From assembly GCA_012026655.1 (NCBI GenBank), contig JAAILG010000209.1:62001-125751 (forward strand): a DNA stretch of 63,751 bases. Direction: 5' to 3'. The DNA is from Hydrolagus affinis. Lineage: Eukaryota. Of the stretch, positions 26,469 through 40,080 are shown one piece after another; within the stretch, counting starts at the first letter, position 1; every line of letters begins with the position of its first letter. The notes below the pieces were generated by a model. It ran no database searches. It was not told the origin of the DNA and saw nothing but the letters and a program-made list of their open reading frames with translations. A program made the translations under genes and the position numbers.

Positions 26469-27567
26469 TATGTTAAGAACTACATCTTCGATGGAAGAAA
26501 CTCGCAATTATTTGATCCGCTGTGGATCAGAAACAGTGCAATTTTATCTCTTCAAATGTATGCAAGGCTTTCTTTCATGATCAAATGCTTTGCCACAGGT
26601 GGCTAATATGACTGAATGGATAGACTACACATCAATTAATATCCAAACTGACAGCTTACATTCATGCAATGTTACACTAGTAAATTGTGAGTCATATTAA
26701 CCCACTCCCTCATGGAATAAATTGAAAAATTCCACTGCCCAACAACTAATAGCTAAACACGTGTATTTGTATTATATAATTTTTTGAAATGTAGATATAA
26801 GGCTTCCCCTGATAATCCATCTGTTGTCTGCTCTGGGCTGGGGTGTGGAGGAATCTGCCAGTGTCCTAAACAAGATACAGTACATTAGCCCCTGTTGAGT
26901 ATGTGAATGTCAGGGGAGGAGACAACTAGATCAGGTTTGGCTGTGATGTTCCTTAGAGTCCCATCGCCCGCCAAGACAGACTGTCTCGGCTCGTACAGTT
27001 TAATAAATTATATATATTTTTAAAATACAGCTCCCTGCTATAAGAGTTTAAGGGATAACATTAAGATTAACAGAAGCTTTTCAAACAGTTGACGCACACA
27101 TTTTTCTGCATGGAAAAGAAAACATCAGGGCAGAGCAAATCCAGCAAGCTGCTTGTGGAGGCTTCATTTACAGTTTGTCAGCCAGTACAAGACTAACTCA
27201 GCAGCAGAAACCTTTAAACCCCAGTTAATTTTTTTTTCAATATTTAGTGATAATTAGCTATTTATTAGAATTGCTGCTTCCCCCCCCTCCCTCCTCCTCT
27301 GTGAATAAAACCATTTCCCACCTGTCTGGCATTTGCATCACTGTATTTAAGGTAACCTCTTACAGCAAAGAGCACTCATTATATGAAGCACCTGTCTTTT
27401 AATGAACAAATCTCTTCAACAAATTTGATTTACGAGCCAAAACCTTGTGGGATTCGTATATTTTGCAGTCACTCAAGACCGACTAATCTCATCGAAATTT
27501 TTTGTTTTCAAATTTCTGACAAAGCTCTGATTAATTAAAATAAACAATTAGCACTGAAACCCAAATA

Positions 27568-28232
27568 CAGTAAAAGCCCATTTATACGGCACTCGTGGGA
27601 CCTGGCCAATGCCGGTTAAAGCGCCTGCCGGATATTCGAGCGGCCCGCGGCCGAAAACCCACCACAAAAAAAATTAAAGTTCTTTTAACACACACCATAC
27701 TAAATAATAAGAGAATATTGTATTGGTACTTATTGTTAAAACTACTGTCTTGCGCTGGTGAAAAAAAACAGCAGCGTGACTTTAAAGACTTACTAGCGGC
27801 AACCGATAACCCTAGATTCTACTGGCGGCAAGCCGATAACCCTGGACTCCACTAGCGGCAAACTATACCTGCACGACAATGCGGGTTATCGGCTTGCCAC
27901 TGGTAAGGCTTTAAAGTCGCGCTGCCGTTTTTTTCACCTGCACGGCATCCTCCATTTTAAAAAAGAATTGCTGGACTATAAACCTCAAACGCAGCACCAT
28001 GGCTTCAAGCGCAGTATTTACCAGTAAAGGTGAGAAGTGCAAGAGAGTAGTTTTAACAATAAGTACCAATATAATATTCTGTTATTATCTGTTATTATTT
28101 ATGCATTTACAAATGCTCCACCGCTATTGTTCCAGATAAGTTCCGGTTTATCGAATGGGGACTGTTTTTTTTAGCGTGCCGGTTAAACGGAAGCGCCGGA
28201 TCATCGAGTCATGGATAAACGGGCTTCTACTG
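27568..28232. mobile_element. Non-autonomous Tc1/mariner (pogo/Tigger-type) MITE, 665 bp
   Basis: TA on both sides (27566-67, 28233-34). Imperfect 28-bp TIRs: CAGTAAAAGCCCATTTATACGGCACTCG versus right-end reverse complement CAGTAGAAGCCCGTTTATCCATGACTCG (22/28). CpG-rich, no transposase ORF; a related copy lies at 62213-62691. Confidence 0.88.
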
Positions 28233-29639
28233 TACATAGAACAGTGAATTCTTGAAGCAGCGTCTCGATGACTAACATATTTGAATTAAATGACCTTACC
28301 TCACCTTCGGCACATTATCGCAGAGAATTGATCTTATGTTAAATAGTGTTTTTCAAGAACCTGCTAAATTTGCCCATGAAATATTGTGTTTATGTAGATT
28401 AGAAACTGCATCTAGGTTGGAGCACACAGCAACTGGCTTTTATTTTGACAGTTTTATGCAGAGAAAATTCATGAAAGCACTTTACACAGGCGAAGTGAGA
28501 GTCAGAGCTAGTACAACATGAATTGTCTAATTTTACTACCCAGTATCGTAAGAACGGCATGGATATTTTGATGTAATTTTTTTGTTGTTGTTATGCTTAT
28601 TTCCAGTTTTATGCTATAAATGATGGCTTTTCGATTACAAACAATAGTACTGGACTCTATTTTTTTTTAGAACTGGTGACAATTATTCTTAGTTGGTCAA
28701 CGAATAGACATGATGGATATTATACCTACACGTAAGCAGTGACAGCACCCATCAAACACCACCTCTGTAGTTATTTGTTGTCACAACTCCACACAGAGCT
28801 ATCACCTTATATGGGGCTGACCAAGTTCGAAAGTACTGTAGAGTGACATAAAATCTAAGAAATTTACTTTAACAAAAATAGTTACCAGTGACACGATGGT
28901 TGGGCAATTGGAAAATACTGCAGCTCTATTGTATTTCATCTGTATGTGGCAGAGCATAACAGGAGGCTACACCCTTTGAGATTATATTATTTGTTGTTGT
29001 CATTGTATTTCCTCACATAGTCGCAGGAATTGCTATCTTAGAGTGTCATCCACCTCCGTCATCTATCGTCCTGAACTGCAGGACCACAAAGGGTTAATTG
29101 TCAAACAGACTCTTCTAAAGTTATATTGTACGTGAGCATCAAAATCAAATTTTTTAAAATGCCAAATACTTACCGTTGTTGTGGTCACGTAAATTACAAC
29201 AAAACCATCTGTGGATAGGTTTCAGGAGCTCGGATCAGAGGCTTGAACCACAGTCTTAGATCATCAATCATCTGGGAAAAAGAGCATGACATTAATTAAA
29301 GACAGGAGACATAGGCACAGACACTGAGATCTGTAAGTTGACGTCTTATCTAGCATCCATCAACTACTCAATTTTCTTCCACTAAACCTTCTGACTCAAC
29401 CAGAGGTGGCAAGATGAAAGATCCATAGATGTTGCCAGAATAATTGGCAGGCACTTTCAGAATGACATTGTTGGTGTATCACGCACTGTATATTAATATG
29501 AGAAAATATCAAAAGCTCCAGTGGATATGGTGATAAGGCACACAGGAATGGTTTAGCTTTCAGTCCTTGTCTGTGCTGAGTTACCCAATCTCAGGGTATA
29601 CATAATCTATATAAACCCATATCCTCCATGAATCATCAT

Positions 29640-29710
29640 CTTGGGACATCCTCCTGACATGAAAGGTGCTATGCAAATGTAATTTGTTGTTGTTTATTGT
29701 TGTTGTTGTT
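29640..29710 (+). mobile_element. L2 3' tail (type of 17500-18486)
   Basis: CTTGGGACATCCTCCTGACATGAAAGGTGCTATGCAAATGTAATTTGTTGTTG. Confidence 0.85.
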
Positions 29711-30134
29711 GAATCATTATGAAATTAAAAGTAAAGGAAAATAACACCCATTTTGCTGGAGATTATAGGCAGAACTGACAAAGTAAGGTTAATGATTAAT
29801 AATGTTTTTGTTATAAAATATCACTTCCTAGGTTAAAGTACCAAATTATATACACACAACGTGAACAGAATGTATTGATTACAGTGCACGTCAGTATACA
29901 ATGTAAAATAATGTATGTTAAAATATGTTGCAGATTAGAAAATGAATCAAAGTATGACAAGGTATAATTCAGTTAGCAGCCTAAATAAAATAAAACACCC
30001 ATATTTTGAGAATTATTCTATTATCAATCATGGAGATTATTTGAAATGTAGCATAAATTACAAATGTTAAGCAAATTACTTTTAAAGAAACAAAAAATAT
30101 ATAAATTTACTAGAAGCACTTTAGAAACACATTG

Positions 30135-30460
30135 CATTTAAACTTGGATTGAGGGAGAGTGTTCCAGAGTTTCGAGGCACAGTGGCTGAAAGCACGAGGT
30201 CCGATGGTGGAGGCGGAAAGTGTGAGGGACGAGCAGGAGGCCAGTGCCATTCGCTTGGAGGTGCTGGGTGGTGGATTGAGGAGTGAGGAGGTTGGACAGG
30301 GAGAGAGGTGCCAGAGAGTGAAGGGATTTGAACACGAGTGTGAGGATCTTGAAGTTGGTCCATTGGGTGATGGGGTGCCAGTGGAGCCTGGGCCAGAACT
30401 GGTGAACTGTGGGTACAGAGTTTGTTCTGGGTAAGTATGTGGACGGCAGAGTTCTGAATG
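30135..30460 (-). mobile_element. L2 ORF2 C-terminal fragment
   Basis: Minus-strand frames give IQNSAVHILT, FKSLHSLAPLSLSNLL and P.NSGTLSL, homologous to 870-1180. Confidence 0.85.
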
Positions 30461-32199
30461 TTCTGTTTCATTATTTTAGTGTGTGACTATTGCAGAAGTC
30501 TCATAGACTATGAGATGCAATATTGTATGCAGCACAATATTTATCCAAACATGTCACACACCCAGGGGGTATTTTTCTACTCTATGGTAATTTTCCTGAC
30601 CTTCGTAGGTGAATGCACCTCATTCTCAGATGGCTGGTGAAGTTACTGATGATGGCTGACAAATATATAATGGGATTTTCCCATGAAAAACTTACACAAA
30701 GATGGTCTGTAAATTCGCAGCCCAGGGGAGATTTATCCACTGCCAATGACTGGAACAGATGTCGATAAGAATTTGAAAATAAATTTAGGCTAATTTACTG
30801 ACTTCTGGAAAATCGCAAGCTCAGTAATAATGCCATTTCAAATATTCCACCAGAAGTTTACCACAGCACAACAGAATTGAAAGCCTCATTGGAGAACCGC
30901 TCCAATCAAACAGATGACCACAATACACCACCACAATTCTGTGCACTCTATTCCATACAGAAGAGAAATTTACATGGTTTGGATACTCTTAAGCTGATGA
31001 GTATGTCAGACACCCAGCTCACCAATGAAAAATGTTTTGGCGCAGAGATGCAACAATAAGTGTCGTGCTTTATTACTGTTGAGATGTTAGCAAGTACATT
31101 TAGATTCTTTCAATATTCTGACAGAATTTGCAGTGTAAACCGACGGCATACTGCATTGATATATGTGAAAGCATCATGCAGTAATGTTGATTATATTTTT
31201 CGTGCGATATTAAGTGGTGCCCTGCATGATACAGTATACAAAACAAATATTCTACATTCCATTTAATCTTTCACGTTTCATATTCAATGATTCTAGCACT
31301 GCTTATCAATAGAAAACAATGTTCCAACTGCATTAAGAAAATTTGCTTCTACTATTGCTTAAAAGGATCTTTATACTCAACAGTATAAAGCGAAATATTA
31401 AGAAGCAAAACTAAGCTTCTTAATTTAAACAGTGCGTTACATTTCTTGCATATATATCCAATGCACCATTACTTTTCTAAACATGTACAATTATGCTGCA
31501 GTGAACCCACCCACTTGTTTTGGCTTTCTATATATCACCTTTTGGAAATCTGAATCACATTTCTTTTCTACCATCAATCTCAATCCACCTTCTGTTATGC
31601 AAGCACTACTTTTCAAACGTGCCCATTCCTGAGGGATGTGATGATCCTCAGTCTACGCTTCAAAAGCTAGTTCCGATGATTCCGATCTGAACTATATTCA
31701 GAAGGTACACTTTTTGCCTTAGGTCCAGGTGTTTCCATGTTATCGCCGAGTGCCAGTGAAATGATCTCTTGAATCCTGGATCATTTTGAAACTGTCACAT
31801 TCAACAATTTCTTTGAAAGTTCCCTAGTCAGAAAGCACTTAAGGGAGCACTGAAGTAAAAGTACTCCAGAATATGGATTCTTCAGGGGAAGTCTAAAAGT
31901 CATGTTCTCTGCAATCTTCCTCCAGAGCTTGAAAATATCAAAATGTGGTTTCTCTATTGGAGAATCAATCCTTGTCATCAAAGTCATCAAATGCCGCTCT
32001 ACTCTGCCACAAAGATCTACCATTTTGACCACTGTGCAGTCCAGAGAGAAAATCTGTGAATCCTATCCATTAGTGACTCTCTAGGTCCAATTATTACTTC
32101 AGTGAGCTACACTCCATCCAAACATTTAACTGGAGATGGTACTGATTGGTTTTACTTCACTCAATATATCAGTATCCTTCGGCTTCACCCAATGAGTAC

Positions 32200-32565
32200 C
32201 TTAATGGATAAAGCCAACACTCAGTGAGGCCTAGGCCATAGAAATTCAAATATTTCAGGTTTGAATCATAAGAAAGGATTCAATTGTGCTATTTACATTT
32301 CACAAGCACTCTTATAGAATTTTCTTGAATTAAGGAGAGAAAAAACAGCCAGGATTCCCACTCCAGGTTGCTATTTGAAAAGCATATTGAACATATTAAA
32401 TGAATGAGCTTTTCTGCAATGCCTGTGGTCTGAAAGCTTGCAAATACTTACAGTCAAGTCTCCAACATGAATAATGACCAATTTGGATGAGGAACTGGGA
32501 GGGCGCCTGTCACCTGTGGAAATGTATCCCCCAAAGTGCCGTTCTTCAGCAGAGGAAGGAGAGGT
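32200..32565 (+). mobile_element. Very old tRNA-type SINE relic (AmnSINE2-like by recollection)
   Basis: GGAGAGAAAAAACAGCCAGGATTCCCACTCC..CATGAATAATGACCAATTTGGATGAGGAACTGGGAGGGC..CCTGTGGAA..CAGAGGAAGGAGA. Apparently related pieces lie at ~24290-24440, 26800-26992, 29520-29597 and 33690-33797(-). Family name unverified. Confidence 0.4.
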
Positions 32566-35500
32566 TGAGCTGTCAAGGAAAATTACTTAATGGAGGTTCG
32601 GAGTTTGGCTATTTATTACAACAACTTGCACGTATATAATGCCCTCCATGCCATATAGCACTCTTTGAGCACTTAACAGTGGTGAAACCTCACTCCAAGC
32701 CAGTTTTGGAGGCTATAATAGTGTTTGTTCCCTCTCCTTTCAGTTCCTGCCTGAGCATATGAATATTGTCAGTTTCTCTTGTGCATTGTTCAGCCCGTTA
32801 GTTTTATTACTGACAGCCTCAGAAAGGGAACGTTGTTTAGGTGTCCAAGCATCAGGTTTATGTACAGCAAAGTAGAGGGAGGTGTTCAGCAGATGCTAAG
32901 ATAATGTTGCTTGAATTCTGAAACTGTTTCAATTTAATCTACAGTTAAACCTGGTCAGTCCCATATGGTTTCTTCCATGAATGAACTGACCCTCGATTGA
33001 AGAACAGCCACAACAGTTAATGTGAGTAACATTTTCTTTACAGCTATACGAGGAAGTGATTGAGTTTTGAAGCAGGAGGATTTTGAGATGATGTGAAATT
33101 AGTGGCTGACTGATTACACTAATGCAGCCCGGAGAAGCAACCATCTGTTAAGCTATTGCAATCCCTCAAGCTGCCGTTTTGCAGCACATATGTGCGAACG
33201 AAAGTGTGTTCAAATAATTTCAGGAAAACGCACATTTGCAGATCTGTTCATATTTTAACACACGTGAGATTCTTCAACTGGGCCGATAAAAGCCTCATTG
33301 AGACCTGCAAGGAGATTTCTGCATCCAAAATGTAAATTGTAAAAGGTAAATGGTAATGTGACGGAATCTGACTTCATTCAGGGATTGTTGTAATCTAACA
33401 ACCATTCCAATGCTCTGCTTGTTGCTTTGCATAATGGATTTTAACAGGAAATTGACAAATTCAGAATGACACAGCAAGGCTAACACCAACTTTAAATCGG
33501 AACTGAACGTACAGCTGAGATGAAAAATGCTGACAAAAATAAACAGTAGAAACGGAGAACACCAAAAAACAAGAATAACAATCCTGAAAGGTGGCATTGA
33601 AAGGATTCTTGGAGATAAAAGTTAAAGCAGATTTGGCTAATTTCTAGCAGATGGCATAGTCCATTCTAACAAGAATGTTTCCGTCCTATCAGTGAGCGTT
33701 TCACTCAGCACAGACCGAGATTAAACCTGCAACCTTCTGGTCTGTACAGTTCAGTCACACAATAAGCAAAGATTGTTACCAGCTGAGCTATCCAGGCAAC
33801 ATTATAAACAACATTTTCAATAAACGATGATCTGTATGCCCAGCAATCGATTTCTAAAGTTCATAACATTGTTCCCAAGGTTGATATATAATAATAATAA
33901 TAATAATAATAATCCTTGCATTTTATACACCCCCTTATCACATCTTTGAGACTCTCCAAGCGATATATATTAGCGAATGCACAACAGTCTAAAATAAAAT
34001 GCTGAACGTTGCTGCACATACATTGATATTTTTATAATCACTAGTGCATTGTTATAAAAATATCTTTTACACCACACGTATCAATCAAAATGGGATGCGG
34101 GGAACATGAAAACAAAGTCTTGATAGTTCAAAACAAGAAAGCGTACAGTGTAATTGTTGACATTTTAACCTTCATTTTACTGTGCTTTTGCTCAGCACTT
34201 TGGGGTTAAGTGACACAAAATGAAAACCAATTGCTCTGGAGTCCGGCTGCCTTGAGGAGGTGGTTTTGGCAGCATATTGATTCAGAACCCTGCAGTCAAA
34301 ACACAGTGGGTGTGAATCAATACAGACTTCACTCGGCGATTCTCTCCAGCAAGTTTGAATGGACCATTTTTTTTTTTAACATGATCAAAAAATGCAGTCT
34401 TGCAAGGGCAGAAATGTCCTCTGCCAATCCCGCCCCACTTCTAACGCGTTCAAATTGGCCTCCCCACTTCATCTCACCTTACTGCTTCCACAATTTTGTC
34501 ATCCATGTATAAACAGCACATAAGTTTCAGAAGGAGTCTGACCACTAGCACTTTCAAAAAAACGTTTGCAAGGAATGCACTAAATGTGTATGTCTACTGG
34601 TCATTTTCTGGCCTTTAAACAGAGCCTTGCTCCAATCAATAGAGAAACTCACTTGGAAATATGTATTAGTCGTGGCAGTGCAAAGAACGGAATTAATATT
34701 AATTCATATTGTTAACACAGGGTGCTTCAGCTTCACATAGATCCATCTTAATTTCTCCTCATGCAACAATAACTTGTTCAGCACTCTTCCCGTAGAATAC
34801 CATTCATACCTCCTGACACGAAAGGCACTACACAAATGTAATGGATGTTGAGCAGGGTAGAGAAGACTGGTAAAGAGGGGCAGTGAGAGGGGTTGAGTGA
34901 GGGAGTTGCAGATATTAGAGCGTAAGCCACCAAATGGTGAAAATGATCAAAATCACCAGTTGAATTCTGTGATTACCAAATCCAGAAACACTCTGAGAAC
35001 TCTTAATCTTGACTTTTCGTGATACATTCAGACCCCCTTAATCGAATTGGAACTATAGACCCAAATCATGTTACCCTTAAAGTACAAGCTTGTATTGTAT
35101 TTTTAATACAATGATGATAATCCTTGCATTTGAAATAGCACCTTATCATGTCTTCAAGATGTCTCAAAGTCCTTCACAGGATATACTATCAAGTAAGTTG
35201 ACTGTATATTGTGTGGGTGAAACACTGTAGCCAATCAGGCACAGATTTCGATCAAACAAGGATAATAAATATTATCATTACATTTGCAACGTGCTGCTGA
35301 TCAAGTGTATAGGCCACTTAATACACTTTCTATTCTCATTCACATCAACTCTGCAACCTGGAGCTTTACAACATTTTATCTATTCTCCAGTTGGGAGTTA
35401 ACAAAGCGCAGACACATGGGATAAAACGGCTATTTTTGTGGGCTGAGAGTTCTTTTGTCCAGAGAGCAGATGTTTTACATTTCAGTTTCCGATAGGGATA

Positions 35501-37265
35501 GCTTCTCCCTTCGCTTTAACGCAGCAGTTCCCTTGTGACATCTGTGACATCCCAAATATCCTTAGGAAATAACCACAAGTTATTTTTATTTCATTCCCCT
35601 TTCTGTAGTTCACCTGCATACAATTCTTGCTACAATTAAAGCAAACAAACAGCTGCTATTGTTTCCATTTAAGTCAGTCTAATTGCCCTTCACAACAACC
35701 CACAAAGCATTTCTCCTCTTAGCTGTAATTAGTGCCAGGCTTTGACTGCGATCACACTTTTTTTTGAAACCTTCAAGCTGGCACTTTGATATTGAAAACG
35801 ATCTTGAGCAAAACCTCTTTGCTCTGAACTATCGTCTAATTCCTTTCTTTAAAGCTATAAAGAGTTTATGTTTGATCAAATCTGCCCTTCGAAAGATTTT
35901 GAACTTTCAGATATTTCTGTTCTCCCGCTTTGTTTCCGGTTACTCTAGAACTCTGTATTGCCATTTCCTGGTGCTTTAGAAAGACTAATGATAGTTTAGT
36001 TTTAAGCAGCAATCTATTACAACAATATGACAAAATATGCAAGTAGGGGGATGTACTATACAAGGTAAATTGACAAATATTCACAAATTTAGGCTTAGAA
36101 TTGACTTTCTGCTTTTATTTCAAGCCCGTAACACAATAAACCGCTGCTCAGTTAATTTTCAAACCATTTATAATAATGAACAATGGCTACACCAATTTAA
36201 CCTAAAGCTATAAGCACCTTTATGGTCTGACTGCAGAGCAAAGCAAAGCATCAGATTAATTGTACCATTTATCATGGGTTTCAGGATAATACATTGCCTG
36301 CTGGTATATGTATGAATAAAAGCTACAGTAAACAAAATTACACGGCTAGATGAAAAATCCCATGGCTTGGTTTGCACAACAAAAGCTTATTATGTGGGTT
36401 ATAAAAGATAAATAATAACCATTACATTAATAAGTGAGTGAAGCGACAACTGTCATCTGTTATCTAGCTCCTGTTCTTTTCAAACAGCACATTAATTCAA
36501 GACATCAATACAAGAGTCATTTTTAATTTCATGTTCATCTTCTTAATATTAGAAGAAGGGTTTGTGGATGTGGTTCTTTGAGAAGGGAATAGAGGGCTCC
36601 ATGTGAAGGGAATTGAAGGCTTAAGGGGGTTTGTGTAGAGTATAAACGCAGGCACAGATCGTCGAGCCATTTTCAATGCAGTTGTGGTTTCATCCAGCGA
36701 AGGAATGATCTCCTTTAGCTCCTGGGATGCCAATATTACAAGAGCGTAATTTTTCAGAAGGTAGATTATTTACTTTGAGATTATTGTTAGGGAGAACATC
36801 GTAGCTCACTTCATGTAACTGATAGTTTTAGGTCTTAAAATGACCCCCCCTGGAGATTGTTGATGTGGGATTGGAACAGAAAGAGGTTTATTTGTTCATT
36901 TGTTTCCTCCAAGTATTTTTAATCCATTTTTAGTCTCGGTCTTTCCTTTACAGTAGATAATTTTGCATATCAGTTAATGAAATTCAGCCACGAAACGTAC
37001 AGTCAATTCACTTTACAGTATATTCTGTGAAGCGTTTTGAGACTTCCAGAAGACGTGAAAAGCACTGTATCAAATGCAACGATTATGATTATATATTATT
37101 GTTTTGATTTGCATCAGTCCATATCACCTTATTCCGAAATACAATTAATTGATAACAAGAATGGCTTGGGGAGATGACATTTGATTTGGTGATTCATTTG
37201 TGTGCTCAGCTACATGAGTCCTTGGAAAAAAGAAAAAAAAGTCTTCTCTTTTAGCATCTCAACAC

Positions 37266-37496
37266 GAAATTCCACACAATCTTAAGTTGTAAAATCATTT
37301 TTGTCTTAAAATGTAAGGCAGAATTGTGGAAAAGTCTTAATTTCAGGAAATAGTTTGGAAACTGTTTCTTTCAAAGAGCTGGAATTGTTTTTTCAAAAAC
37401 TGAGACGAAACATAAGAATTATCCACAATTCTGTATGATCTTAAATGTTAAGACAAAATGGTCTTGGAGCCTAAAAACTGTGTGGAATTTCAGGCC
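37266..37496. mobile_element. Palindromic MITE relic (PIF/Harbinger-like end)
   Basis: Nested inverted blocks: 37266-37278/37479-37491 (13 bp perfect), 37299-37309/37448-37458 (11 bp) and 37319-37330/37422-37433 (12 bp). The right terminus reads GGCCTGAAATTCCAC inward. Confidence 0.65.
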
Positions 37497-39599
37497 TCTA
37501 ATTTAATTTTAGTCTAATTCAAGTACCGGTACTGTATTAGGTTAAGTAGAGATTTCTGGATTCAGAACTACTCTGAATGAACACAATTTCCTTAAATGTT
37601 GCTATTTTTCCATTTAATTCCTTTTTCATTTACTTTTCTGTTGTTCTACTTTAGGGAGGTCTAACTTTCTGGATCTGTTCATGTGTCCAATTGGTGGGGT
37701 TGTGCAAATGAACTCAGATGCTCCTACTTGAATTTAACATCTACTGTAAAGATTGATAGAATCACCTGGATTCCCTACCTCCCTCAGATTGAACACAAAA
37801 GCCAAATGTTGTAAAACTATAGTAAGACTCGAAAGTGATCTGAAACTCTTAGAGCTTTGAATAGGGATAATTGGGGAGTGCAGCGAGTTAGCAATTTACC
37901 TTTTGGGGCTTAGGTTTATGTTAGGAGCACATTTGAAACACCTTTGAGAATTTTGTACCTGTATTCCCAATGGGCGTGAGATGACTCAATATTAATCATC
38001 CTTACATTTATTATGTAATTGAGACGTCTCAAAGCACTTCATAGGATAATAATTATTCTTGCGTTTGACATAGCGAATTATCCCTCTTCAAGCCATCTCA
38101 AAGCACAGAATATATTGTAAAGTGAATTGTGGGGGGGGTGGGGGGAGCAAAATCATAATATATTATAATGAACGATAACATACAGGATGTACTGTAAGTG
38201 GATTGATTGTATTTTGTGGGCATAGGATGACACAAATTGATACTGTTGTTGATTTCATTTAAAATGAGAGCAAAAGATGCCCCTGTGAAATTGTGTCGCT
38301 GAAGAAAGAATAGTCGTCATTGAAACCAAAAGGGAATATACAGTAGTAAACAATGCAACAGTCTGAACAATCTAGGAATGTACGAGGAGACATAGGAAAC
38401 CAATAAGGTCACCTTCCTTCAAAAGCTTCTGCTGTAGTTTACCTCTGGTCACTGATTATCAAGATTGATAGGATATACCATGCTCTGAGACAAACGCCTG
38501 CTGAGGGAATGCAGCCGAGGGTGATACCTTCTGTTTATTATGATTTACCAACAGGGAGAGGATTGCAAAGGAGCCATAGACTGAGGCATTAAAGGGGAAC
38601 TGAAATATAAAAAGTGGAATGGATCGTTTCTGTGATATCCTGGCGGAGGTTCTGTGAAAATAATTGCAATCTGATAGACTGAAACATCTGTTGTATCACA
38701 TATGGAATGTATTATATAACCTGATTACAAATGGGTCTTAACTGGAAAAATGTGTTTCCAGCTCCACACAAAAAGGTAATACATCAGTAGCAATTTGAGA
38801 CGAGAAGTCAGATAATCGGCCAGGGATGGCTGAAGGAGCATTATTCTGGACATATTTGTCTTTGCTTCAGGTTTACAGGTGTTTAACACACATGAAGGAC
38901 AGCACTGATGGACTGGAGGGAATGTTGCACCTGTTTCTCAACCTTTATATCATTCACTGTGAATATCCTTCTGCTGCTGTAACACTCAAACCTTGAAGAC
39001 CAGCTGATGGACTATTATATTTCTCTGTACTGCCTCCGTGGCAATGGGTGTAGAAATACACATAACATTGATGGCACACTTGACTATCCTTACCTAATGG
39101 CAGTGATACTCAAGAACTGCTCCGGTGCGGATGACAAATGTGGTGAGCCAAGGCCTGACTGACATCTGCACGTTTCCAACATTCAAGTTTTTCATTTTAG
39201 TTACAATATAACAAACCTTTGCATATGATGTCGTGCCTTATCGCGTCTTCGAGACGTCTCAAAGAGCTCCACAGAATATACTGTCAAGTGAATTGACTCC
39301 ATAGTGTGTGGGCAAAATGTAGCAGCCAATCTGAATATAACATTTGTTTGGATTTAACTGACGCTTCTGTAAATTTAAAAGATTAGCATGTTATACGTGA
39401 ATTCTCTCTCTTTGCAAAATACTAAATAATCATTTGTGAAGTCTCATTAAACCTTTGTGAAAGTCATTTTAAAATAGCCAATTTACAGAAATTAATAGGG
39501 TTACAGCTCTTAAAGCTGCATCATTCTCAATAATAATACTGTAATACTGTCCTTGCAGAATTTGGTATGATCTCTTATCCATCAGTTAAAATATGTTAA

Positions 39600-40080
39600 G
39601 TTGCTTCACTCAATGATTTATTTTGCAGTGTCATGACTTTTATTTAGGTAAATGAGGCAGGTAATCCCCATCAGTAACATCCCAATCTTTCTGTCGTATG
39701 TCCAACTCCGTCTGTATTTGCCTGCAGTTATTCTGTCACTTGTGTCTTTCAGATGGGGAGCTAACAAGTCTATAAGGGATGTGCCATTAGCGAGAAAGAA
39801 CAAAGTGACTTTTGATGACATTCACCAGGTCATTAAAGAGGACAAGAAATAGAATGGGGCCAAACACACTTCCTTCAGGAAGCCCGCGTAGTTAATGAAT
39901 TAAGACAAGCTACCATTTATCACAACCAGGTGTTTGTGTTCTCTAAGGAAGTCACGTATGCAGTTCAGCAGCTCAGATATCTACAAAAGGGCAGCTTCGC
40001 AATGATGCAATAGTACTATGTTCTATTAGACTCCAGAAATGTCAAGGACAAGCGGTTATCTTCACACTGGGCGTCAAGAA
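39600..40080 (-). mobile_element. Ancient CR1-group (CR1/L2/Crack) LINE reverse-transcriptase fragment
   Basis: The minus strand encodes LLNCIRDFLREHKHLVVINGSLS, then GLPEGSVFGPILFLVLFNDL (from 39885) and, after a frameshift, LFFLANGT. These are degenerate forms of W..FL..R.Q.V, GVPQGSVLGP.LF...INDL and FADDT. Confidence 0.75.

Noticed and set aside
31560-32130. Coding-like stretch (ORF 31781-32032, ..KLWRKIAENM..)
   Set aside because: Possibly a very old transposon remnant, but I could not assign any motif or splice structure.
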